64,000 nucleotides of DNA from Bacteroidota bacterium (GTDB taxonomy: Bacteria; Bacteroidota; Bacteroidia; Bacteroidales; VadinHA17), in contig DRFJ01000053.1 of the NCBI GenBank assembly GCA_011050615.1, forward strand, positions 16,029 through 80,028, given 5' to 3'. The notes under the pieces are model-generated. The model was not told the DNA's origin. It did not search any database and worked only from the letters and a program-made list of their open reading frames with translations. Shown piece after piece: positions 1-10,763 of the stretch. Position numbers and translations under genes: made by a program. The first letter of the stretch is position 1. Every line of letters starts with the position of its first letter.

Positions 1-636
<636 letters not shown>

Positions 637-642
637 ATAACC

Positions 643-963
643 ATGGCTGAAAAACCTAAAAATCCAAACCAGATTAATATTGAGCTTAATGATGAAGTAG
701 CCCAGGGAATATATTCAAACCTGGCGGTTATAACACATTCGTCTTCCGAATTTGTAGTTGATTTTGTACGAATAATGCCAGGAATAAAAAAGGCCCAGGT
801 GAAATCAAGGGTTATTCTTACTCCTGAACATGCAAAAAGACTTCTGGGTGCCCTTGCTGATAATATAAAAAAATATGAGGCTGTGCATGGTCCCATAAAA
901 GAAGTAAAAGGCTCAGGGCCTGTGATGCCAATGAATTTTGGCGGTCCAACAGCCCAGGCCTGA
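643..963 (+). CDS. DUF3467 family small protein
   Basis: 106 aa. INIELNDEVAQGIYSNLAVITHSSSEFVVDFV matches my recollection of DUF3467. The position 6 nt after rpoC is the usual Bacteroidota synteny. Confidence 0.65.
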   Translation: MAEKPKNPNQINIELNDEVAQGIYSNLAVITHSSSEFVVDFVRIMPGIKKAQVKSRVILTPEHAKRLLGALADNIKKYEAVHGPIKEVKGSGPVMPMNFGGPTAQA

Positions 964-980
964 TGAATTGTTGAGTTATC

Positions 981-1020
981 AAACCTGCCTCGAAGACACT
1001 TTCCTGGCAGGTTTTTTGTT
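981..1020 (+). terminator. Rho-independent terminator after rpoC-DUF3467
   Basis: 9-bp perfect stem AAACCTGCC (981-989) / GGCAGGTTT (1006-1014), 16-nt loop, then a T-run. Confidence 0.7.
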
Positions 1021-1117
1021 GTAAAGGCTTATGAGGATTATTAGAGCGCAATGCTGATCCCTTAAGTGTTTTGATTAACATTTTTGTTTTGTAACTTTGT
1101 CATGTAAGACCCTATCT

Positions 1118-1513
1118 ATGAAAATACCATATAAAATATTATTTTCCCTTATTCTACTTGCTGTATTATCGGTGGGCTCATGTAAGAAACAGGCGAAATG
1201 CGGATGTGGCGGTGATATAATAAATGAAGTGGTTGGATTCCCGGTTTATATCTACCCTGACACAACCTATGGCCAGGCGACGTTTACGCCCATATCAAAT
1301 CCCTACACTACTTATTATGTCTGTAATCCTTCAGCATTTATGAGTAAGATGAAGAAATTTGACTATGGTGCCTATGTTCTCGTTGATGGTCATGTTTTCT
1401 GGAATTGCAATTATGTAATGCAATCAAGCAGTGGTTCTTACTATTCATATATGTACAAGGCATACGATTTTGAAATGACTGATATCTACGAGGATCTGTA
1501 CGGGAAGAAGTAA
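1118..1513 (+). CDS. hypothetical small Cys-rich lipoprotein
   Basis: The likely start is MKIPYK, inside the 1097 ORF. Signal peptide with lipobox-like LSVGSC. No recognisable family. Confidence 0.45.
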   Translation: MKIPYKILFSLILLAVLSVGSCKKQAKCGCGGDIINEVVGFPVYIYPDTTYGQATFTPISNPYTTYYVCNPSAFMSKMKKFDYGAYVLVDGHVFWNCNYVMQSSSGSYYSYMYKAYDFEMTDIYEDLYGKK

Positions 1514-1707
1514 GCTCCTTGCTTCTTGCTTGCCTTTCCCTCAGAAGCTCAAGTGAAGAATTGCTCCTTGCTTGTTATTAAGCAGATGAATTTAAGGCAT
1601 TGATGGCTTATACTACCTATATACTCCTCAACTGCTAAAGCCTTTCAACAATTAGTCCGTAAATTGTTTTTTTCCTATCTTAAAGCAATAAAACAGTTAC
1701 CAGCATT

Positions 1708-2475
1708 ATGAAAATAGTGATTATCGGTGCCGGGAGGCTAGGCTTAGCCCTTGGCAAAGAATTAATTAAACGAGGACACAGCATTTTAAAGCTTATATCA
1801 CGATCAGGTGAAAAGGCAGCTGTACTGGCTTCTGTACTTGGATGTGCATATGGAAATGAGTTGATAATACCGGGGGATGCGGAAGTGGTGATAGTTGCAA
1901 TTAATGATGATTCGCTGGAGAGTGTACTAAAGAAGCTAAAGGTTAAGGGTAATCCGATCATCGCACATACTGCAGGAAGCGTTGGGCTCGAAGTCTTTGG
2001 TGAAAGAATATCGGGCCATGGAGTTTTTTACCCCTTGCAGACATTTACCCGTGGGAGGGAATATGACTTCACATCAATTCCGGTTTTTATTGAAGCCAGC
2101 GATGATCAAACAGAAAAAGTGCTGAGATCACTTGCGTACTCATTAAGCGAAAAAGTCTTTACGCTGAACAGCGAGAAGCGAAAATATCTTCACCTTGCTG
2201 CTGTATTCTCATGTAATTTCGTAAATCATATGTATTATTCGGGCAAAGAGATTACGGCCAGGGCCGGAATGGATTTTGGTGTATTGCTGCCTTTAATGAG
2301 GGAAACAATGGAAAAAGCTGCAGATATGGGACCGGAGAAATCACAAACAGGACCTGCTGTAAGAAATGATAAAAATACTATTGAAAAGCATTTGGATTTA
2401 TTATCTTTCTCTCCTGATTTGCAAAAAATTTACAGGGTGATAACTGATTCAATAATTAATAAGTATACCGGCTGA
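1708..2475 (+). CDS. Rossmann-fold NAD(P)-binding protein, DUF2520-type
   Basis: N-terminal MKIVIIGAGRLG dinucleotide-binding motif. Length and C-terminal half resemble the Rossmann-like/DUF2520 proteins common in Bacteroidota. Confidence 0.55.
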   Translation: MKIVIIGAGRLGLALGKELIKRGHSILKLISRSGEKAAVLASVLGCAYGNELIIPGDAEVVIVAINDDSLESVLKKLKVKGNPIIAHTAGSVGLEVFGERISGHGVFYPLQTFTRGREYDFTSIPVFIEASDDQTEKVLRSLAYSLSEKVFTLNSEKRKYLHLAAVFSCNFVNHMYYSGKEITARAGMDFGVLLPLMRETMEKAADMGPEKSQTGPAVRNDKNTIEKHLDLLSFSPDLQKIYRVITDSIINKYTG

Positions 2476-2479
2476 CTAC

Positions 2480-3001
2480 ATGGCTAATTTCACGGAAGAT
2501 TTACAGAGGATTAAGGCATTTGTGTTTGATATAGACGGGGTTTTATCAAAACAGACCATAACACTCGATATCGATGGTAACCCCTTGCGCACCATTAACT
2601 TAAGGGATGGCTATGCCCTGCAGCTTGCTGTTAAAAACGGCTATAAGGTATGTGTTATATCAGGAGGTAATTCAGTCCCCTTTAGGAAAAGACTTAATTC
2701 ACTCGGTGTTGAAAACGTTTATCTGAGTGTGTCAGAAAAAGCAGATATATTGAATAAATTCATCAGTGATTCAAATCTTGAACGAGAAGAGGTTCTTTAT
2801 ATGGGCGACGACATACCTGATTATCATGTCATGAAAATAGCAGGTGTTGCCGTTTGTCCGGGAGATGCGGATAACGAAATAAAGCAAATTTCCATGTATA
2901 TTTCTGACAAAACAGGCGGTGACGGCTGTGTCAGGGATGTGATAGAGCAGGTAATGAGACTGCATGGAAAATGGATGAATAATGATGCATTTATCTGGTA
3001 A
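2480..3001 (+). CDS. kdsC: 3-deoxy-D-manno-octulosonate 8-phosphate phosphatase (HAD, YrbI family)
   Basis: 173 aa. HAD motif I FDIDGVLS and motif IV GDDIPD. Length is typical for KdsC. Confidence 0.8.
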   Translation: MANFTEDLQRIKAFVFDIDGVLSKQTITLDIDGNPLRTINLRDGYALQLAVKNGYKVCVISGGNSVPFRKRLNSLGVENVYLSVSEKADILNKFISDSNLEREEVLYMGDDIPDYHVMKIAGVAVCPGDADNEIKQISMYISDKTGGDGCVRDVIEQVMRLHGKWMNNDAFIW

Positions 3002-3003
3002 TT

Positions 3004-3990
3004 ATGATAGCATTTTTTAAACTTATCAGGTGGCAGAATCTGGCGATAATAATTATCACCCAGTTTCTCATAAAATTTGCGCTGATTGATACTCTGGCAG
3101 CAAATATGATTCTGGATGGAATATTGCCTGAAGGACCAGCCAGTTATATTAGCCTTCAACTCCCCTTTATAGATTTTCTGTTGGTTGTTTTTGCTACAGT
3201 CTCTATTACAGCCGGAGGTTATGCTATAAATGATTATTTCGACATAAGAACTGACCTGGTCAACAAAGGGGAGGTGATAGTCGGTACCAAAATACCGAGG
3301 AGAAGAGCTATGATGTGGCATAATATTCTAAGTGCCCTGGGTGTGATTATCGGTTTCTGGGTTTCATACAGAACAGGATATTTCTGGATGGGTATATTCT
3401 TTCTTTTAGTATCGGGTTTATTGTATTTCTATTCAGTTATTTATAAGAAACAATTCCTGGTTGGTAATATTGTCGTTGCCCTGCTTACTTCAATGGTTCC
3501 CTTACTTGTGCTTGTATTCGAGATGCTTGCCGTTTACAATTATTATGGTTCTGAACTTATTAGCCTCTCAACAATAAATGTCGTTTTTTACTGGGTGGCC
3601 GGTTTCTCTGTTTTTGCCTTTCTTACAACCCTGGCCCGTGAAATAGTAAAAGATATGGAAGATTTTGAGGGTGACAGGGTTTATGGCAGCCATTCACTTC
3701 CGGTGGTTGCCGGAATCAGGGTGTCGAAGCTTGTGGCATTTTTTATAATTGCTGCAACAATAATTCTTATGATAATAATGTGGGCCTTATATATTAAAGA
3801 TATTATTTCACTTTTATATATTTTGCTGGCCATAGTGCTTCCGCTGGTATTTGGTATCCTCTTCCTTGTCAGGGGGAGACAGGCAGAACATTTCAGAACA
3901 GTGAGTTCAATCATAAAGCTTGCAATGCTGACAGGAATCCTGTACACCCTCTTATTCAGGTTTGTCATTGATAAAGGACTCTCGTTATAG
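3004..3990 (+). CDS. UbiA-family polyprenyltransferase (integral membrane)
   Basis: 328 aa with about 8 hydrophobic segments. First Asp-rich motif NDYFDIRTD, second Asp-rich region KDMEDFEGD. Confidence 0.75.
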   Translation: MIAFFKLIRWQNLAIIIITQFLIKFALIDTLAANMILDGILPEGPASYISLQLPFIDFLLVVFATVSITAGGYAINDYFDIRTDLVNKGEVIVGTKIPRRRAMMWHNILSALGVIIGFWVSYRTGYFWMGIFFLLVSGLLYFYSVIYKKQFLVGNIVVALLTSMVPLLVLVFEMLAVYNYYGSELISLSTINVVFYWVAGFSVFAFLTTLAREIVKDMEDFEGDRVYGSHSLPVVAGIRVSKLVAFFIIAATIILMIIMWALYIKDIISLLYILLAIVLPLVFGILFLVRGRQAEHFRTVSSIIKLAMLTGILYTLLFRFVIDKGLSL

Positions 3991-3992
3991 GA

Positions 3993-4589
3993 ATGCTTAT
4001 ACAGAAACTTAAAAGCAAAGATATTATACTCGCTTCACGTTCACCGAGAAGGAAAGAATTGCTTTCTGCCCTGGGTCTTAGTTTCAGGGTGGTAATACCA
4101 GGTGTAAATGAAAATTATCCCGGGGAGCTTGGAAGGGAAGAAATAGCGATATGCCTTGCTGAAAGGAAGGCTGCTTGGGTCATTAAACAAGAAAAGGGCG
4201 GGAGTGGGAACCTGCTGGTAATTGCTTCGGATACAATTGTTTGCAAGGACAGTAAAATATTTAATAAGCCGCCTGACAGGGCCGGTGCCATTAAAATGCT
4301 GAAAGAATTATCAGGCAATAAGCATAGTGTGATTACTGCCGTATGTTTGGCAAATAATGAGAGGATGAAATCTTTCTACTCCGAAACTCTGGTATATTTT
4401 ACTAAATTGCAGGATGAGGAAATAAAGTTCTATGTTGATAATTATGAACCATACGATAAAGCCGGCTCATATGGTATCCAGGAATGGATCGGGTATATTG
4501 GGATTGAAAAAATCGAAGGATCATACTTTAATGTCATGGGTCTTCCCGTACAAAGATTGTACAGGGAACTGAAGAATTTTATTGAATAG
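3993..4589 (+). CDS. maf: Maf-like nucleoside triphosphate pyrophosphatase
   Basis: 198 aa. ILASRSPRRKELL near the N-terminus, plus DKAGSYGIQE. Confidence 0.85.
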   Translation: MLIQKLKSKDIILASRSPRRKELLSALGLSFRVVIPGVNENYPGELGREEIAICLAERKAAWVIKQEKGGSGNLLVIASDTIVCKDSKIFNKPPDRAGAIKMLKELSGNKHSVITAVCLANNERMKSFYSETLVYFTKLQDEEIKFYVDNYEPYDKAGSYGIQEWIGYIGIEKIEGSYFNVMGLPVQRLYRELKNFIE

Positions 4590-4620
4590 CGGATATTATC
4601 AATTATTAAATTATATGTAT

Positions 4621-6783
4621 ATGAAGAAATTATTTATTGTATTGACAATCTTGCTGTTAACTGCTCCTTTTGCCAGGAGTGACGAGGGGATGTGGATACC
4701 CCTGCTGATAGAGAAGTTTAATATAGAGATAATGCAGGAGAAGGGATTTAAGCTGACAGCGGAAGATATTTACAGTGTAAACCAGGCATGCATGAAAGAT
4801 GGTGTAATGATATTCGGGGGAGGATGTACGGCTGAGCTTATTAGCCCCGAAGGACTGTTAATTACGAATCACCATTGCGGATATGGCCGCATACAGGCAC
4901 ATTCAAGTCTTGAACACGATTACCTTACTGATGGTTTCTGGGCTATGTCGCGTGAGGAAGAACTTCCAAATCCGGGTCTCACGGTAACCTTTCTGAAATA
5001 TATGGAAGATGTTACTGACAGGGTATTGAAGGGTGTGAAAAAGAAGATGTCAGAAAAAGAGAGAAATGAAATAATTGAAGCAAATATTTCTGAGATTGTC
5101 GCCGGAGCCTCTGAGGGGAATAATTATTCGGCTTTTGTGAGGCCTTTCTATATGGGTAACCAGTTTTTTCTTTTCGTCAATGAGACTTACAGGGATGTAA
5201 GGCTCGTAGGTGCTCCGCCATCGGCTATTGGTAAGTTTGGAGGTGATACCGATAACTGGATGTGGCCAAGGCATACCGGCGATTTCTCATTGTTCAGGAT
5301 ATATGCTGACAAGAACAACAGGCCTGCAGACTATTCGGAGGAAAATGTTGCCTACAAGCCCGGTTTCCATTTTCCAATCTCACTCAAAGGTGTTGCTGAG
5401 GGCGATTTTACCATGGTCTTTGGTTATCCCGGTGGCACTTCTCAATACGTTCCTTCATATCACATATCTATGCTGCTTGATTATGTATACCCCAGCATGA
5501 TTGAACTGAGGGGCACCAAGTTAGATATAATCAAGAAAGATATGGATGCTGATCCCGCAGTCAGGATACAGTATTCCAGCAAAGCCGCAGGAATATCAAA
5601 TTCATGGAAGAGATGGATAGGTGAGAAGACGGGTATGGAAAGGCTTGAAACAATAAATAAGAAAAAAGAGTTCGAGAAGGAATTCTCTGCCTGGGTAAAA
5701 GATAAAAGAAGGCGGGACAGGGCTTATGGGCATATACTACCCACATACAGGACACTGTATGACAAGATGCAGGAATATTACCTGGTAAACTCATATACTT
5801 CAGAAACCCTTGGGAGAAGTGGGGTGGAAGCCATTACAATGGCTGCTTCATTTATTCCCCTTGTGGAAGCAGTGCATAATGAAGCGGACGATGATGAGAT
5901 AAAAGCTATACTGGAAAGACTTTCTTCCCGTATCTCTAATTTCTATCGTAACTATAACAGGTCAACTGACGAGAAGCTTTTCATAGCGATGATGGAACTA
6001 TACGGGAATAATCTTGATCATAAGTGGCAAATACCTGAATACAGGGATTTGTACAGGTCGTGTAATGGTGATTTCCGGTTTATGGCGGAGGATATCTACA
6101 GACAGAGTGTATTTACCAATCATGAGAAAGCCGCCCAGTTTGTATCTGCCTTCGATAGTCGTCTTATCAGTGAACTTGAAGCAGATCCATTATTTATTCT
6201 GGCCAGGGGGGTTAACGCCTTCCTAAATGAAAGGGTGAGGCCGGGATATATGGAAGTATCGAGGGAAATAGCTAATCTTGACCGGCTTTATATGAAAGCC
6301 CAGATAGAATTTGCAGATGATGAGTTGCTGTGGCCTGATGCCAATTTTACCCTCAGGGTCGCATATGGTGAAGTTGGTGGTTATGAACCAGGAGATGGGG
6401 TGTATTATACTCATTATACAACACTCGAGGGGATAATCGAAAAGGATAATCCGGAAATATATGATTATGATGTGCCTGACAGGCTTAAAGAACTGTATTA
6501 TGAAAAGGACTATGGCAGGTATGCACAGGATGGTAAAATGCCTGTGTGCTTCATAGCTGATAACCATACAACGGGTGGAAATTCAGGAAGCCCTGTAATA
6601 AATGCTGAAGGCCATTTGATTGGCGTTAATTTTGACCGTGCCTGGGAGGGTGTTATGAGTGACCTGATGTTTAACCCGGAACAAAGTCGTAATATAAGCC
6701 TTGATATACGGTATGCATTGTTCCTTATTGACAAGTTTGCAGGTGCGGGATATTTGCTGGAAGAAATGACTATAGTGGAATAA
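4621..6783 (+). CDS. S46 family dipeptidyl-peptidase (DPP7/DPP11 type)
   Basis: Start taken at MKKLFIVL (signal peptide). Mature N-terminus DEGMWIP, catalytic His in ITNHHCGY, catalytic Ser in GGNSGSPV. An Arg lies 18 residues after the Ser (NFDR). As I recall, that is the DPP11 (acidic P1) determinant rather than the Gly of DPP7. Confidence 0.8.
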   Translation: MKKLFIVLTILLLTAPFARSDEGMWIPLLIEKFNIEIMQEKGFKLTAEDIYSVNQACMKDGVMIFGGGCTAELISPEGLLITNHHCGYGRIQAHSSLEHDYLTDGFWAMSREEELPNPGLTVTFLKYMEDVTDRVLKGVKKKMSEKERNEIIEANISEIVAGASEGNNYSAFVRPFYMGNQFFLFVNETYRDVRLVGAPPSAIGKFGGDTDNWMWPRHTGDFSLFRIYADKNNRPADYSEENVAYKPGFHFPISLKGVAEGDFTMVFGYPGGTSQYVPSYHISMLLDYVYPSMIELRGTKLDIIKKDMDADPAVRIQYSSKAAGISNSWKRWIGEKTGMERLETINKKKEFEKEFSAWVKDKRRRDRAYGHILPTYRTLYDKMQEYYLVNSYTSETLGRSGVEAITMAASFIPLVEAVHNEADDDEIKAILERLSSRISNFYRNYNRSTDEKLFIAMMELYGNNLDHKWQIPEYRDLYRSCNGDFRFMAEDIYRQSVFTNHEKAAQFVSAFDSRLISELEADPLFILARGVNAFLNERVRPGYMEVSREIANLDRLYMKAQIEFADDELLWPDANFTLRVAYGEVGGYEPGDGVYYTHYTTLEGIIEKDNPEIYDYDVPDRLKELYYEKDYGRYAQDGKMPVCFIADNHTTGGNSGSPVINAEGHLIGVNFDRAWEGVMSDLMFNPEQSRNISLDIRYALFLIDKFAGAGYLLEEMTIVE

Positions 6784-6818
6784 TATGATACCGGGTGTCG
6801 GACAATACTAAATACTGC

Positions 6819-8903
6819 TTAATCTCCCGGCCATGATTGGGTGGGGAGGGTGAAACTTATTATTGTTCCCTCCCCCCTGGTGCTTGTTATATGCATCCTG
6901 CCCTTACTGACCTTTATAAGGTCATGGCACAGTTGTATACCAAGACCGGTACCTTTCTCACCCCGGGTGCCCGGGGTGCTTTTGATTATCTCGTTTTTTC
7001 TCAGTTTTTCAAGATTGTCATAATCAATTCCCACACCGGTATCCTTCACAGAAACCTTTAAATAAGGATTAATATCAGTAATTTCTTCCACTGACACATA
7101 TATTTTACCTTTTTCAGGGGTGAACTTAATTGAGTTTGTAAGAAGGTTCCTGAGAATGATTGAAACAAGGTTTCTGTCGCACCATGCCTCCGGTGATCCC
7201 CTGTGAGAATAACTGAATTGTATGCTTTTCATTTGAGCCCTGGCGTTAAGCAAGTTGAAACAATCAAGTACGATATCGGTCATATTCCACTTGCCGGGCC
7301 TGTAATCGATCTGGTCTTGCTGGGCTTTTCCCCATATAAGAAGATTGTCGATGAGATTAATTGTAAAATCAAGCTGTTTGCCAATTTCTTCAGTCAGTAT
7401 TTCACGTTTTTCCTCTCCGATTAAATTTCTTGTATTGTCAGTAAGCATTGCCAGGTTGACCACCGGAGTTTTCAGATCATGAGCTATTATAGAAAATACC
7501 CGGTTCTTAATTGTTATATTCTTTTTAAGTTCTTCGTTTGTTTTTTGAATCTCCTCTTTTTGCCTCTCCAGCTCGCTTTTTTGATTTGAAAGTTCAGATG
7601 TCCTTTTATTTACAATCTTTTCAAGGTTCTGGTTTACATATTCGAGTTCTGCAAGGAGGCGTTTTTCTTCTTTGAAGGAGTTAACCCAGATACTGATGAG
7701 TATTATCACCTGCATGAAAATAAATACTACTGTGGCATATGGGAGTATATAGCTGCTGAAAAGAAAAGTGTTTGATGTAGACAGTATTGAATCGTTTATT
7801 ACGCCAATAAGCAAGGCTATGAATCCTATTGTGTTTAATATGCCTTTCCTTTCTGCCTTAAGCATGGAAATTATACTTCTTGCACCGTAATACGACAGGA
7901 TCAGCAAAATGGCCGGTATGAATATCCTGATTGAATGGGAAAAAATCAAAACAGGACTTGTCAGAACCAATATTATGCCTGAGGAGAATAAAACTGTGAT
8001 TATGGTACAGATTATTTTAAAGTATTTATCAGGATAAATCCGGTAGAAATACCAGGCACCACAAATAAGTGCAATAAATGAACCTGTATATTCAAGTCTT
8101 ATCAGTGTTATCCAGTTAATATCAACAAAGGTAAAAATCAGGTAAGTACCTGTACTGATGCCCCGGATAAGTATGCCAATTGATGCAAGGGCAAAGAAAA
8201 GTGTTGCATCATTACCCTTGAATATCATAAAGAAAACAAAAAAGAAACAGGCAAATGACAGGAGCATACCGGCACATATGTTTGAAATTGAATTCTGTCG
8301 TTCCAGGCTCACAGATACTTTTTCAGGGATACCTATTTTCATAGGTATCCAGAAACCACCCCTCCTGTGGTGAAAATTCGAGACATTTATTATTACTTCT
8401 ACCGTCTCATCTGTAACTTTGTGTGTGTAGGTGAACGGATCATATCCGGGTTTGGATTCCGCTTCACTCTTACCGGCCAGACCATTGCCTCCGACATATT
8501 TTCCATCAATATATATTCTGAATGCTGCATCAAATACAGGTATATCAAAGACTACTTCACTGATGTTTTCAGGGAAACGAATATTGATCCTGTAGCTTGC
8601 ATATCCGGTATTTTCAATACCTGGTATCTCATCTGCATATTTTATCCAGTAGGAAGGAACTTTCCCCCAGGTATCGGGAACCGGTTTTTCCCTTTGTTTA
8701 AAGTCAGAAGGCAGAAGGTGTTTATTCCAGTAAAACTCCCATTCTCCGTTGAGCTTATATATTTTCTCCGTAAAATCTGCGGATCTGAGGTCCAGGAATC
8801 CATTTTCGACCTTAGTCTGTCCACTGGCATTGGGGGCACAGATAAAGATTAGGAGGAGCTTGAGCAGGGTGATAACTATTTTTACAGAATTGTCCCTCTT
8901 CAT
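6819..8903 (-). CDS. sensor histidine kinase with 7TMR-DISM-type extracellular and 7-TM domains
   Basis: Signal peptide and an extracytoplasmic domain of about 190 aa. Then about 7 TM helices, a coiled coil, the H-box FSIIAHDLKTPV, and HATPase boxes (LLTNSIKFT, DTGVGI, GTGLGI). No adjacent response regulator. Confidence 0.75.
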   Translation of the reverse strand: MKRDNSVKIVITLLKLLLIFICAPNASGQTKVENGFLDLRSADFTEKIYKLNGEWEFYWNKHLLPSDFKQREKPVPDTWGKVPSYWIKYADEIPGIENTGYASYRINIRFPENISEVVFDIPVFDAAFRIYIDGKYVGGNGLAGKSEAESKPGYDPFTYTHKVTDETVEVIINVSNFHHRRGGFWIPMKIGIPEKVSVSLERQNSISNICAGMLLSFACFFFVFFMIFKGNDATLFFALASIGILIRGISTGTYLIFTFVDINWITLIRLEYTGSFIALICGAWYFYRIYPDKYFKIICTIITVLFSSGIILVLTSPVLIFSHSIRIFIPAILLILSYYGARSIISMLKAERKGILNTIGFIALLIGVINDSILSTSNTFLFSSYILPYATVVFIFMQVIILISIWVNSFKEEKRLLAELEYVNQNLEKIVNKRTSELSNQKSELERQKEEIQKTNEELKKNITIKNRVFSIIAHDLKTPVVNLAMLTDNTRNLIGEEKREILTEEIGKQLDFTINLIDNLLIWGKAQQDQIDYRPGKWNMTDIVLDCFNLLNARAQMKSIQFSYSHRGSPEAWCDRNLVSIILRNLLTNSIKFTPEKGKIYVSVEEITDINPYLKVSVKDTGVGIDYDNLEKLRKNEIIKSTPGTRGEKGTGLGIQLCHDLIKVSKGRMHITSTRGEGTIISFTLPTQSWPGD

Positions 8904-9059
8904 GGTGTCATTAGTTGATCAAAAATATCAAAATAGGGGACATAAAAAAAATATTTTGAACCAAATAAAAACAGGATAAGCCTACGGGGAGTAAGCCCAT
9001 CCTGAACAACAAAACCTAAAACTTGATAGTAGAAGAAACTATCTGGTTAACATTTGCAT

Positions 9060-9548
9060 CTATTTAAATGCAAAGACTTTTTCATAATTTTTTACCAGCC
9101 TGGGAAAATAAACAGATATCAGTTTTAAGTGGTCCTTCTCACTTGTTACAGACTGTGTTATCACTTTCTGGTGATAGTATTCCTCACGATCAAGTGACAA
9201 TTCAGATGTGGATAAACCGTCATCCTGGTATCTCTTATTGAGGCGTTGCACGCCAAAGTACTTTCCGTTACACATGTACTGAATTTCAAGATCATCCGAC
9301 AATACAATGTATCTGGTGCATTTTTTGTCAGACCTGTCAATGCCTATCCTGACATTGAGGTCTGAATTTTCATAGTTAACTATGAAAGTTTCAAGTTCTT
9401 TACCATCAACAGATATTGGTTTGACGGCTTTGTCAACAACATAATTCCCCAGGCAACTGTGAGTTTTACCCTGGGCAACCGGGCCTTTGGAAAAACCGGC
9501 AAGACTGAGGACTGAAGCAATAGCAAGGAAACATAAGAATTTTTTCAT
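9060..9548 (-). CDS. hypothetical secreted protein
   Basis: 162 aa with an N-terminal signal peptide (MKKFLCFLAIASVLSLAG). No family recognised. Confidence 0.4.
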   Translation of the reverse strand: MKKFLCFLAIASVLSLAGFSKGPVAQGKTHSCLGNYVVDKAVKPISVDGKELETFIVNYENSDLNVRIGIDRSDKKCTRYIVLSDDLEIQYMCNGKYFGVQRLNKRYQDDGLSTSELSLDREEYYHQKVITQSVTSEKDHLKLISVYFPRLVKNYEKVFAFK

Positions 9549-9957
9549 GGCTGCACTTTTTTGATTTGACTATCATCACAGTTAACCTGTCCCAAAACCG
9601 TGAATCATTAATGTTCATTTTACAGACGCATAAAGAAATTGTTTGTTGCAAAAATCTTTGTTAATTATTTGTTAATGATCTTAAACTCCATTAATATGTA
9701 AGGTAATCTGGGATTATGGTTCAAAATATTAAATGGAGGTAAGGGTGTTAAATATATTAAAACAGATATCTGGAATTAAAAAATTTCGTATCTTGCATAT
9801 GGAAAAAAAGGGAAAATGATCCGGGAACTATCTCATAGTTTTATGTATAACCGTATCGGCAGGCGTTTGTATGAATGCTGGATGTTCTACGAATTACCTT
9901 TTTAAGCTTCCTTATCCCATTCCCCAGTTAATCTTATAAACATTTATCTTATTAACC

Positions 9958-10758
9958 ATGAAAGGTTTGATATTCAATATCAAAAGGTATGCAATACATG
10001 ACGGGCCGGGTATCAGGGTAACTTTCTTTATGAAAGGGTGCCCGCTCGGATGCTGGTGGTGTCATAATCCCGAAGGTATCAGTAAGGATGTTCAGGAAGT
10101 TGAAAGAGTCGACAGGATAGGGGATAAGGAATTTACAGTTAATGAAAAGGTAGGGAAATATTATACTGAGGCGGAATTACTGGATATAGCAAAAAAAGAT
10201 ATGGTTTTTATTGAAGAGTCCGGCGGCGGAGTTACATTTTCCGGAGGTGAACCCCTGGTGCAGGATGACTTCCTTTCAGAAGCGCTTAAGCTTTTCCGTA
10301 ACGAGGGTATCCATACAGTTGTAGATACTTCAGGTTATGCCAGAAGATCGGTAATTGATAAAATACTCCCCCTAACCGACCTCTTCCTTTTTGACATAAA
10401 ACACCTTGATCCTGCGAAACATAAAAAATTCACAGGGGTATCAAACGATTTGATACTTGCTAATTATAAGCATATACTTGAAAAAGGGAAGAAGGTGATC
10501 ATACGAATACCCCTTATTCCCGGATTTAATGATGATGAAGGGCAGTTGAATGCACTCAGGGATTTCGTTGCCGGAAGGCAGGGGACAAATATTGAAAGGG
10601 TAGACCTTTTACCCTATCACAGGATCGGGAGTTCAAAATACAGGAAGTTTAAGCTTGAGTACAGGATGCAGAATATTGAACAGCCCTCTGCCAGAAGAAT
10701 GAACGAAGTGAAGGACTTTTTTGCGGCAAGTGGTGTAAATGTCAAAATTGGCGGATAA
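9958..10758 (+). CDS. glycyl-radical enzyme activating protein (radical SAM)
   Basis: CPLGCWWCHNPE is the CX3CX2C radical-SAM motif. GGVTFSGGEPL is the SAM-binding motif. The gene sits 5 nt upstream of a glycyl radical enzyme. The whole protein has only three Cys. Confidence 0.85.
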   Translation: MKGLIFNIKRYAIHDGPGIRVTFFMKGCPLGCWWCHNPEGISKDVQEVERVDRIGDKEFTVNEKVGKYYTEAELLDIAKKDMVFIEESGGGVTFSGGEPLVQDDFLSEALKLFRNEGIHTVVDTSGYARRSVIDKILPLTDLFLFDIKHLDPAKHKKFTGVSNDLILANYKHILEKGKKVIIRIPLIPGFNDDEGQLNALRDFVAGRQGTNIERVDLLPYHRIGSSKYRKFKLEYRMQNIEQPSARRMNEVKDFFAASGVNVKIGG

Positions 10759-10763
10759 AATTA

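Noticed and set aside
1514-1573. 11-nt direct repeat GCTCCTTGCTT (1514-1524 and 1563-1573) downstream of the small lipoprotein gene
   Set aside because: There are only two short copies with no spacer regularity. It is not CRISPR-like or IS-like, and is probably fortuitous or part of a weak terminator region.
8367-8852. 161-aa plus-strand ORF
   Set aside because: It lies wholly inside the minus-strand 7TMR-DISM histidine kinase gene, whose domain order is coherent. No motifs are present.
9744-9762. GTGTTAA-N5-TTAAAAC, resembling the hydC-upstream palindrome, ~200 nt upstream of the GRE activase
   Set aside because: The palindrome is imperfect and has different spacing, in very AT-rich DNA. 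Chance occurrence is likely, so I do not call it an operator.
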